Source: Clostridia bacterium
GTDB lineage: Bacteria > Bacillota > Clostridia > Oscillospirales > CAG-272
Length of the DNA stretch: 64,000 bases
NCBI GenBank assembly: GCA_017504205.1
Contig: JAFVRO010000014.1
Location: 29,133-93,132 of the forward strand
Reading direction: 5' to 3'
Numbering within the stretch: the stretch's first letter is position 1; each line of letters starts with the position of its first letter. A program made the position numbers and the translations under genes. This document shows, piece by piece, positions 10,107-18,368 of the stretch. Below the pieces are notes generated by a model, which ran no database searches, was not told the origin of the DNA, and was given only the letters and a program-made list of their open reading frames with translations.

Positions 10107-10562
10107 TCATGAAAGATGGGTATATCTGCGAAACTCTTCCCTGAATTCTGCCGCAGTAAGCTCATCTGAGAAAACTATCATTATGGTGTCGTCTCCCGCA
10201 ACGCAACCAAGGCACTCTGAAATTCCCATATTGTCGATTCCCGAAGCTACTGCAGGGGCAAGTCCCGGCAAAGTATGAACTACTACAATATTCATAGCAC
10301 TCTCCACCTTCTTCACGGCTCCTCTGAGTGCCTCATTGAGCCTGAGTCCAAGAGAATGATCCTCATGACGGGGCATTGTATATTTATAAGTTCCGTGTCC
10401 CGTGGGAAGCTTGGAAATTTTCATATCCCTTATATCGCGTGAGACTGTCGCCTGAGTAACGTTGAAGCCTGCCTGTGAAAGCTTAGCAATAAGATCCTCT
10501 TGCGTCTCTATGGAGTTCTCTGTGATAAGCTGTGCGATCATTTCCTGTCGTTTGGATTTCAT
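10107..10562 (-). CDS. argR: Arginine repressor
   Basis: TQEDL, VTQATVSRDI, TLPG, AGDDT. Confidence 0.95.
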   Translation of the reverse strand: MKSKRQEMIAQLITENSIETQEDLIAKLSQAGFNVTQATVSRDIRDMKISKLPTGHGTYKYTMPRHEDHSLGLRLNEALRGAVKKVESAMNIVVVHTLPGLAPAVASGIDNMGISECLGCVAGDDTIMIVFSDELTAAEFREEFRRYTHLS

Positions 10563-10574
10563 TTTTTACCTCAC

Positions 10575-11456
10575 TCAATTATTGTATTCGTTCATTTTTT
10601 GTCTCAAAGTTTTATAGAACATCTGCTTTTTTATGCGGATCAGCTTGGTCGTCAGATCTGAACGTGTGATTTTTACAAAATCGCCGTAATAGATCTCGCT
10701 ATTGCTTTTACCGTCAAGCGTCAGGTACAGAGATTTTTCGCGCTTGCACACATTTTTAACGCATAGCACCGATCTGTTTGAAAACAAAACGGGGCGTGAG
10801 GACGAGAAATGTGAGCAAATTGGCGTTACACAGAAGCACGCAAGTGCGGGGTCAATAATCGGCCCTCCTGCAGACATTGAATAAGCAGTAGATCCTGTCG
10901 GGGTGGCAATTATTAGTCCATCTGCCCTGTAGGAGTTCAAAAACGTATCCTCCTCATAGAGTTCAAGGTCGACTATTCTTGCTATAGATCCGTTGGAGAT
11001 AACCGCTTCATTCAGAGCATATGAATTAAACCTGATCTTTCCGGTACTTCCTATGATAGAAACTGACAGCATAGAGCGCTTTTCAAGATTGTATTCGCCG
11101 CTGAAAAGCTTTGGAAGCAGATCAAGCTCGGTCATATCAAGTTCTGCCATATAACCGAGACGTCCGAGATTTATACCGATAATAGGAGTTCCGTGTGGAG
11201 CAGCTCTTCGGGCTGATTCAAGTATCGTACCGTCCCCTCCGAGAACGACTATGACATCTGCCTCAGAATACACCTGATCGGCGGGTAAGTATGTGAATTG
11301 CTTACGGGATTGGTGCATTCGCGTGATCCTGTCTTTATTATTTACGGTAATCAGGATACGGCATTCGCCCGCCTCGATAAGCTTATCGGCTACCCGAATA
11401 GCGGCGGAAAGCTTTTCGTTGATATTAAAGTTTGTTATCAATGCAAACTGTAGCAT
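10575..11456 (-). CDS. nadK: NAD(+) kinase
   Basis: LGGDGT, GINLGRLGY, ALNE, ADGLIIATPTGSTAYSMSAGGP. Confidence 0.95.
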   Translation of the reverse strand: MLQFALITNFNINEKLSAAIRVADKLIEAGECRILITVNNKDRITRMHQSRKQFTYLPADQVYSEADVIVVLGGDGTILESARRAAPHGTPIIGINLGRLGYMAELDMTELDLLPKLFSGEYNLEKRSMLSVSIIGSTGKIRFNSYALNEAVISNGSIARIVDLELYEEDTFLNSYRADGLIIATPTGSTAYSMSAGGPIIDPALACFCVTPICSHFSSSRPVLFSNRSVLCVKNVCKREKSLYLTLDGKSNSEIYYGDFVKITRSDLTTKLIRIKKQMFYKTLRQKMNEYNN

Positions 11457-11488
11457 ATTTGCAGTTCCTTTCGGTTTTCAAAAAGCGG

Positions 11489-12292
11489 TCAGGCTTTATT
11501 GAAAACGGTTTTTCTGATTAAGTTATCTATATATACGGTACCCGGCTGCGCAGATGTCGAGGTCAATCTTAGGGCGCACAGATATTCAATGTTACCGTCT
11601 CCGCCGGTTATGGGGGACGTACATATACCGTCAAGAGTAAAGCCGTTTTGGAGTGCGCAGGATACGACCTTGACTACCGCCAAGTATCTATCGGTATCCT
11701 TTTTTACGATTCCGTTTTTATTGAGTGCGTTTCTGCCTGCTTCAAACTGCGGTTTGATCAAGGAGACGAGCACGGCATCCTTTTTGAGAAGATTGACGAT
11801 GCCCGGAATAATGAGAGTTTGCGATATGAAGGAAACGTCCATAACCGCCAAATCAAACGGATCTTGATGCAGATCTTGAAGCGTAATATACCTTGCGTTG
11901 AGTCCTTCAAATGAAGTTACGCGAACATTCTCTGCAATACGCGGATGAAGCTGTCCTCTACCTGAATCTACGGCACATACATGTTCGGCTCCACATTGAA
12001 GCAAGCAATCGGTAAAGCCGCCTGTTGATGCACCTATATCAATACAGGACTTACCCGTTGCGTCAATTTTAAATGTGTTTAGTGCGTGCTCGAGCTTATA
12101 GCCACCCCGTCCAACGTACCTTTCAGCATTATTTACCGTTACATTATGGGTGACGGTCTCGTCAACGGATTCGGAGGGTTTAGAGACTGTGCGGCCGTCT
12201 ACGGTAACAAACCCCTTTTCGATATATACCTTTGCCTTCTGTCGGCTTTCGGCGTAACCGTTTTCATACAGATACAAGTCAATACGCATCAT
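11489..12292 (-). CDS. tlyA: TlyA-family rRNA 2'-O-methyltransferase
   Basis: S4 domain (RIDLYL), DIGASTGGFTD, DVSFIS, LIKPQFEAG, GGDGNIEY. Confidence 0.95.
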   Translation of the reverse strand: MMRIDLYLYENGYAESRQKAKVYIEKGFVTVDGRTVSKPSESVDETVTHNVTVNNAERYVGRGGYKLEHALNTFKIDATGKSCIDIGASTGGFTDCLLQCGAEHVCAVDSGRGQLHPRIAENVRVTSFEGLNARYITLQDLHQDPFDLAVMDVSFISQTLIIPGIVNLLKKDAVLVSLIKPQFEAGRNALNKNGIVKKDTDRYLAVVKVVSCALQNGFTLDGICTSPITGGDGNIEYLCALRLTSTSAQPGTVYIDNLIRKTVFNKA

Positions 12293-13188
12293 CAGAACTC
12301 CCTGTTAAGAAGATAGGAGGCAAATGCAGACAGTACTCCGTTTGTATCGTAGGGTGATATTACCGAGATCGCCTCGTTGGTCAGGCAACGTGCAACGTCA
12401 AGGGCTTCACTGACTGAATAGAAGCTCATATAGGTTGTTTTGTCGTTTTCTCTGTCCGAGCCTATATTTTTGCCAAGGACCTCTGCAGTTGATGTAGTAT
12501 CGAGAATGTCGTCCACTATTTGAAAGACCATTCCGATTTTCCGCGCGTAGGTATCGAGTGCGGCATATTGGGGAGTTCCTGCACCATAATCTGCGCAGAT
12601 CGCGCCAATAAGACACGATGCCCGTATAAGCTGACCTGTTTTCAAAGAATGCATTTTTTGCAGGGTCTCGAGGGGAATGCGGTTACCTTCGCTTTCGAGA
12701 TCTACAAGTTGACCTCCTATCATACCGCGAGCACCTGCACATCCCGCAAGAAGTGATATAAGTGCGACTTTTTTACTGTCAGACAAGCCGTAAGCATCTG
12801 CCACGGTGCTGAAGGCTTCTGTAAGCAGAGCATCTCCCGCAAGCACCGCTACGGCTTCACCGTATACTCTATGGTTTGTAGGCTTGCCTCGTCTCAGATC
12901 GTCGTCGTCCATACAAGGAAGATCATCGTGAATGAGTGAATAGGTATGGATCATTTCGATGGCGCATGCGGCGGGAAGAACAATATCAACTGCGCCGCCA
13001 AATATTTTTGCGCTTTCTATAGCCAGAAACGGGCGAACGCGCTTACCGCCTGCGGTAAAGCTGTAATTCATTGAATCATACACTGTACGAAGTGAGGCGT
13101 CGTCTGTAAACAGAAATTTTTCGGCGTATTCTTCAAGCAGAGCTTTATTTGCCGATATGAGTGAGAGTAGTTCTTTTTCGTTTATCAT
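12292..13188 (-). CDS. ispA: Farnesyl/geranyl diphosphate synthase
   Basis: GGKRVRP, HDDLPCMDDDDLRRGKP, FQIVDDILD. Confidence 0.93.
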   Translation of the reverse strand: MINEKELLSLISANKALLEEYAEKFLFTDDASLRTVYDSMNYSFTAGGKRVRPFLAIESAKIFGGAVDIVLPAACAIEMIHTYSLIHDDLPCMDDDDLRRGKPTNHRVYGEAVAVLAGDALLTEAFSTVADAYGLSDSKKVALISLLAGCAGARGMIGGQLVDLESEGNRIPLETLQKMHSLKTGQLIRASCLIGAICADYGAGTPQYAALDTYARKIGMVFQIVDDILDTTSTAEVLGKNIGSDRENDKTTYMSFYSVSEALDVARCLTNEAISVISPYDTNGVLSAFASYLLNREF

Positions 13189-13204
13189 TTCAACATCCGT
13201 AAAT

Positions 13205-13414
13205 TTATTGTGGAAGTTCGGACGCGTTTATAACCGTGACCTTTTGCTGAGCCGAGTCAAGCATACCGTTGCAGAATTTTATGAGCTCGATTCCCTCTTT
13301 GTATAGTTCAAGAGACATATCGAGTGGGGTATCGGGCTGTTCAAGGAGGCGCGTTACCTCTTCAAGCCTTTGCATTGCCGCCTCAAAGGTCATTGATTCG
13401 TTCTGATGGTTCAT
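13205..13414 (-). CDS. xseB: Exodeoxyribonuclease VII small subunit
   Basis: TFEAAMQRLEEV...SLELYKEG; start taken at the ATG after AAGGAG. Confidence 0.92.
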   Translation of the reverse strand: MNHQNESMTFEAAMQRLEEVTRLLEQPDTPLDMSLELYKEGIELIKFCNGMLDSAQQKVTVINASELPQ

Positions 13415-13430
13415 TTTTTTCTCCTTAGGT

Positions 13431-14669
13431 TCATTCATTATCGGGTTGATACTCGCTTACCACTATTGCACCGATGTTTCCGTCCTTAAAGGTCACGTTT
13501 ATCAACGCCCCCTTTTGTAATGCGGTAGCGGACATTATACGGTCACCGCTTTTTTTATCGGTAACTGTAGCAAAGCCTCTTGACATAACGGAAAGTGGGT
13601 TGAGTGCGTTCAGCTTATCCACAGAGGCTTTCAACGAGATACGCTTTCTGTCAAGGGTTGAAGCAATGGCATTTCCGAGCCGTGCGCTGAAATTATCAAT
13701 AGTTATTCTTCTTGCGTTCATCGAGTGAACGAGCAGATTCATTCCGCGTCCCTCACTGAGTAGCTTAATTTTACTTCTCAACAAATCAAAATGACGTTGA
13801 AGAGTCGAGCGCATACCTATCTTCAGGGAATCAAGCTGTGCCTGAATTTCGCGGAAATCGGGCACTGCAAGCTCTGCGGCGGCAGACGGTGTTGGGGCTC
13901 GCACGTCGGAGACGAAATCGCTGATGGTGAAATCCGTTTCGTGTCCTACAGCGGAAATTATGGGGATGGTACAGGAATAGATCGTTTTGGCGAGATATTC
14001 ACTATTGAATTCCCAGAGATCTTCAATAGAGCCACCGCCTCTGCCAATGATTATAACATCCACGCTTTGGGTATCGTTAAAATAGCTGATACCGTCTGAT
14101 ATCTGTTTTGCTGCTCCGTTGCCTTGCACTTGCGAAGGATATATAACGATTTCGGCAAGCGGAAAGCGTCTGCCCAGCACGTTTATCATATCACGCACCG
14201 CCGCTCCCGACGGAGAGGTAACGATGCCGATGCGGCCCGGGTATTTCGGAAGTGCTTTTTTGTGTGCCTGATCGAAGTAGCCTGAGGCGTAAAGACGCTG
14301 CTTGAGCTGCTCGTAAGCAAGATGAAGTGCGCCCACGCCGTCCGGGATTATATCATCAACATATAACTGATACTGTCCGCTTTTACCGTAGAGGGAAACT
14401 CTACCTCTTGCCACGACCTTCATTCCGTCCTTCAGACTGAAGGTCAGTCTTTGAGCATAGGAGCGGAACATTACGGAGCTTACCACTCCGTCTGAATCCT
14501 TGAGGGAAAAATAGAGGTGTCCCGAGGAGTAGTATTTAAAATTTGAGATCTCGCCTCTAACGTATACGGATCTTAAAAGCTCGTCTGTGTCAAGTAGGCG
14601 GGTCACATAATCGTTGAGCTGGGATACAGTCAGTGTCAGCTGACCGTGTGCGTCGTTCATTCGGTTCAC
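13431..14669 (-). CDS. xseA: Exodeoxyribonuclease VII large subunit
   Basis: GEISNF, SGHLYFSLKD, RGGGSIEDL, GHETD, TPSAAAE. Confidence 0.96.
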   Translation of the reverse strand: MNRMNDAHGQLTLTVSQLNDYVTRLLDTDELLRSVYVRGEISNFKYYSSGHLYFSLKDSDGVVSSVMFRSYAQRLTFSLKDGMKVVARGRVSLYGKSGQYQLYVDDIIPDGVGALHLAYEQLKQRLYASGYFDQAHKKALPKYPGRIGIVTSPSGAAVRDMINVLGRRFPLAEIVIYPSQVQGNGAAKQISDGISYFNDTQSVDVIIIGRGGGSIEDLWEFNSEYLAKTIYSCTIPIISAVGHETDFTISDFVSDVRAPTPSAAAELAVPDFREIQAQLDSLKIGMRSTLQRHFDLLRSKIKLLSEGRGMNLLVHSMNARRITIDNFSARLGNAIASTLDRKRISLKASVDKLNALNPLSVMSRGFATVTDKKSGDRIMSATALQKGALINVTFKDGNIGAIVVSEYQPDNE

Positions 14670-14684
14670 CTTTTTCTGTAATAG

Positions 14685-15644
14685 TTAGTTCAGGTATGCA
14701 AGTCTGCAGAGCAAGGAAATTCCTGCTGCGTTATCTGCGGAAAATTCGGGGGATGCAAACAAGGCGTTGAAGTGCTCGGAGAGCTTGCCTTGGATATATT
14801 TATTACTCATAACGCCGCCTGCGAACAAAAGCTTTGTATCGGGGTAGCGTTCGAGAAGATTTTCCGTAAGCTTAGTAAACGTAAGCACGAGGTAATCAAG
14901 AACGAAGCGGCTTGTGACCTCACGGCTTTGGGTGGTCGTGTACAGTTTTCCCGCAAGGCTTTCAAGGCCGGACAGGTTACAGTTAAGTCCTTTTACGGAC
15001 ACGCGCGGCTTCGGTACTTTTTCTTTACAGTTATCCGACAGACATTCCATTTCCCGTCCGCAGGGGAATGTAAGCCCCATTGCAACTCCTGTGCGATCTA
15101 TTGCCTGACCCGCGTTCAGGTCGCTTGTGCCGCCGATCAGCTCTATATTGAACGGATGAGCTACCGTGGTGCCGGGGGTAACGCGGAGTATTTCCGTGGT
15201 GCCACCTGAAACGTGGAAGGCACAAAACGGAGATGATATAAGAGTATCTGCCGTTCCTGAGGAATAAGCCGCAGCCATAACGTGTCCCTCTTGGTGAGAA
15301 AACTGAAATACGGGTACATTGGCGCCAAGACCTATACTGAGCGCGGTATCACGCCCAACGAGGAAGCAAGGCATATACGAGCCTTCAACATTTCTCGGCG
15401 TTGACGAGCAACCGACGGCGACAATTTTATAGTCCCGCAGTATATTTTTGGCGGAGGATAATAAATCGGGGAGATTCTTTATATGTGCAAATACGGCGTC
15501 ACTCTGGCGCAATCCTCTTTCGCCATCATTCACCTCAAGGAGTTTTTTCAGATTAAGTATTACGCTTCCGTCCGCATCGCACGCCGCAACGGATGTGGTA
15601 TAGTTACTTGTATCAATACCGATAAAGCAAATGGGATCAGCCAT
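14685..15644 (-). CDS. TsaD/Kae1-like (peptidase M22) paralog
   Basis: GIDTSNYTTS, SHQEGH, HVSGGT, AGQAIDR, GGVMSN, DNAAG. Confidence 0.85.
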   Translation of the reverse strand: MADPICFIGIDTSNYTTSVAACDADGSVILNLKKLLEVNDGERGLRQSDAVFAHIKNLPDLLSSAKNILRDYKIVAVGCSSTPRNVEGSYMPCFLVGRDTALSIGLGANVPVFQFSHQEGHVMAAAYSSGTADTLISSPFCAFHVSGGTTEILRVTPGTTVAHPFNIELIGGTSDLNAGQAIDRTGVAMGLTFPCGREMECLSDNCKEKVPKPRVSVKGLNCNLSGLESLAGKLYTTTQSREVTSRFVLDYLVLTFTKLTENLLERYPDTKLLFAGGVMSNKYIQGKLSEHFNALFASPEFSADNAAGISLLCRLAYLN

Positions 15645-16131
15645 TCTTTTCTACCTTTGCGCGAGGCTTTGCACTTTTTCTTTTCGGCGCGGTATTTTTA
15701 ACCGAAAGAAAAGTTTCATCACATTCCTCTATCAGTTGATTTTTTATACCGTTAAGTACGCCGTTGACAAATCCCTTGGTTTTATCGTCATCGTATTTTT
15801 TAACTAGCTCGATAGCCTCGTTGATTGAGACAGTGAAAGGAATGTCGGGGGTATATTTCATTTCATATATTGCAACACGCATAGCGCACAGCGCGGGCTT
15901 GGAAATTCTGCCGATTTTCCAACCGTTTGCGTATTTTTCGATCAGCGCATCCAACTCCGATTCGTACTCTATGACACCGAAGAAAACTCCGTTGACATAC
16001 TCGTCATTGGGAATATCGCGGACATTCTTTGCGGTCTCAAAAATTGCGGTGGGGTCATCGTCACGTCTGAATTCTCTTTCGAAGAGTATTTCATACACCA
16101 GTGTGCGTGCTTCTTTTCTGTTAAGCTCCAT
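15637..16131 (-). CDS. nusB: Transcription antitermination factor NusB
   Basis: RKEAR, SINEAIELVKKY, FVNGVL. Confidence 0.93.
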   Translation of the reverse strand: MELNRKEARTLVYEILFEREFRRDDDPTAIFETAKNVRDIPNDEYVNGVFFGVIEYESELDALIEKYANGWKIGRISKPALCAMRVAIYEMKYTPDIPFTVSINEAIELVKKYDDDKTKGFVNGVLNGIKNQLIEECDETFLSVKNTAPKRKSAKPRAKVEKNG

Positions 16132-16218
16132 ATTGCTTCCCTTTCATGTTGAGTTATGGTCGGCGCAGGTCGGTCGGTTTTCCGACGTGCGTTCTATATA
16201 CATAATAATTCACAGTAT

Positions 16219-16247
16219 ATTATACATAGAATTCCGTAAAAAGTCAA
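16219..16247 (-). promoter_or_regulatory. sigmaA promoter of the nusB operon
   Basis: TTGACT, 17 bp, TATAAT. Confidence 0.7.
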
Positions 16248-16388
16248 CTGATATTTGCATTTTTATATGTTTTTTATAATATTTATTCATTAAATATCGA
16301 AAAAAACATCGCTACAGCGAATTAACGAAGATATATACGGTAAAAATAAGCTGATAACAAAAAACTCGTGCAAATATTTTGTAGGGTG

Positions 16389-16417
16389 TTGCAAACGGAA
16401 GGAAAATAATGTATAAT
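16389..16417 (+). promoter_or_regulatory. sigmaA promoter
   Basis: TTGCAA, 17 bp, TATAAT, upstream of the 16448 gene. Confidence 0.65.
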
Positions 16418-16447
16418 ATATAAAGACTATTTGCGTGAGGTAATTTT

Positions 16448-16876
16448 ATGGATGCAAAAACTATTTTTAAGAAAACGCTTATTCTGACATGTATTATATA
16501 CACCGTATTTTCAGCAGTGCTTCTCTGCGGTCAGTTATTGGCGGAAGGAAATGCCGATGACGTAATTATTGAGCCACTACGTTTTTTCTTGCTCCTTCCA
16601 TATGCACTTTGTACGGCGTTTGGGTTTACGTTTATGAAGTGCAAGGAAATACACGGCCTTATAAGAGGCTCGATTCATTACTTATGCGTAGCGGTCAGCA
16701 TATTTGCTTTTCTCTACCTACCCATGGCGTCGTCCGCATCTGACGGGGACAAGCTTGCGGCATTCTTTATTATTTCGATAGTGTACGCATTCGCATATGT
16801 GCTTTTGATATGCATACGTTCTGTGCGAAAAAAGCGTGCGACTGTCAAAAAGCAGTACAAAGAGTTATATAAATAA
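16448..16876 (+). CDS. Hypothetical 4-TM membrane protein
   Basis: Four hydrophobic segments, basic C-terminal tail, GAGG RBS. Confidence 0.75.
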   Translation: MDAKTIFKKTLILTCIIYTVFSAVLLCGQLLAEGNADDVIIEPLRFFLLLPYALCTAFGFTFMKCKEIHGLIRGSIHYLCVAVSIFAFLYLPMASSASDGDKLAAFFIISIVYAFAYVLLICIRSVRKKRATVKKQYKELYK

Positions 16877-16891
16877 ATCCGAGGTGATATT

Positions 16892-17752
16892 ATGTTTAAG
16901 AGTTCACAGTACGATACGGTAATGAAAAGGGCCTTGATGATCCTTGCGGCGTTGCTGGTAGTTTGCTTTGTTCTCAGAATGGTAGCATGCTCCGTAACAA
17001 AGCCTGAAGAAGATCCCAAGGACAGTGAGTCTGAATCTGTCAGTGATGAGCCAACGGATGAACCGACGGACAGTATTCAAGACAGTGAGAGCGATGGTGA
17101 TGGTGAAAGTGAGCAGGTTCCTGCGGACAGTGTGATACTTGCGCCTACCGAAGATGCGGGACAGGAGTATATCGACAAGATCATCTTCCTTGGGGACTCC
17201 ACCACTCATACGCTTGATGCATTTGGTAAGGTTCCTGAGACGCAGGTATGGACAGGTGAGGCAAAGACGCTTGCGCTTTATACCAACATTGATCAGACCA
17301 AGATTGTTTATCCCGTGACAAAGGAGCTTATGACGATAGGCGAAGCGGCGGCAAAGGCGAAGCCCGAATATCTCGTTATCACGCTTGGACTCAATGGCGG
17401 CGTCGGGGATTATTTCGAAGAGAGGCAATTCAAGGTAGCATACCGCAAGCTTATTAATGCCATCAAAGAAAATTCTCCCGAAACGCGTATCATTCTTAAT
17501 AATATTTTCCCCGTTTCCTCTTTGATAGAAGGTTATAAAACCATAAACAATCCGAACATCAACACGGCAAACGGTTGGATATATGATCTTGCGGAGGAGT
17601 TTGGATTGAAGTATCTTAATTCAAGGGAATGTCTTATTGACGAAAACGGTGAGTTGAGGCTTGACTATTCCCAGCCTGACGGCATTCATATGCAGCCTGC
17701 GGCGGCAGATGCGCTTTTGATGTATATAAGAACGCACGCATATATTGATTAA
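16892..17752 (+). CDS. Membrane-anchored SGNH/GDSL hydrolase
   Basis: FLGDS, TLGLNG, DGIH motifs; N-terminal hydrophobic anchor and acidic linker. Confidence 0.85.
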   Translation: MFKSSQYDTVMKRALMILAALLVVCFVLRMVACSVTKPEEDPKDSESESVSDEPTDEPTDSIQDSESDGDGESEQVPADSVILAPTEDAGQEYIDKIIFLGDSTTHTLDAFGKVPETQVWTGEAKTLALYTNIDQTKIVYPVTKELMTIGEAAAKAKPEYLVITLGLNGGVGDYFEERQFKVAYRKLINAIKENSPETRIILNNIFPVSSLIEGYKTINNPNINTANGWIYDLAEEFGLKYLNSRECLIDENGELRLDYSQPDGIHMQPAAADALLMYIRTHAYID

Positions 17753-17771
17753 ATTAAAGGAGACAAAACTG

Positions 17772-18269
17772 ATGAAAACAATTAAAGTGATTTCGATTAT
17801 CGTACTTGCCACACTGATGATGCTTTCCGCAGTTTCTTGCGGAGCTGAATACAAGGATGACATAAAGGCATCTGCTCTTTCTGAGGCGGCGCTTGCAAAA
17901 ATATCGGTTGAGGGCGGCTACGCGGTAGCCGATGCGGATTTTATGGAATTCAATTTTCCTGACGGTGCAAAGTACGCGGACGATTATGCGGTGGCTTATG
18001 CCGCAAACACCAGCGCGAACATCAACGAGGTAGGAATACTTCACGCAAAGACGGCAGAAGACGCTAAAAGCCTTTTTGAAGCCACTAAGGCTTACCTTGC
18101 GGATCGCAAGGAGGCGTGGATGAATGCTATAAATTACACACCTGACGAGCATCCCAAGATGGAAAATGCGGTTTGCAAGCAGTATGGGAATTATGTTGTA
18201 TACACGATTCTCACAACTGCGGACAGCGGTGCGGTGCTTGAGGTTATTGAGGGACAGTTAAAAAAATAA
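17772..18269 (+). CDS. Lipoprotein, DUF4358-like
   Basis: Lipobox AVSC; NEVGIL, Y.P.E..KMENA...YGNYVVY; start after AAGGAG. Confidence 0.7.
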   Translation: MKTIKVISIIVLATLMMLSAVSCGAEYKDDIKASALSEAALAKISVEGGYAVADADFMEFNFPDGAKYADDYAVAYAANTSANINEVGILHAKTAEDAKSLFEATKAYLADRKEAWMNAINYTPDEHPKMENAVCKQYGNYVVYTILTTADSGAVLEVIEGQLKK

Positions 18270-18294
18270 ACAGGATTTAATCGAATAACAAAAA

Positions 18295-18335
18295 TCGGGC
18301 GATCTCATATAATTGGGATCGCCCGAGCTTTATTT
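18295..18335. terminator. Bidirectional terminator
   Basis: TCGGGCGATCTCA-6nt-TGGGATCGCCCGA, flanked by A- and T-runs, between convergent genes. Confidence 0.75.
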
Positions 18336-18368
18336 TGGTTTTGTCTTTTAAAGAGAATATTTATGGGA

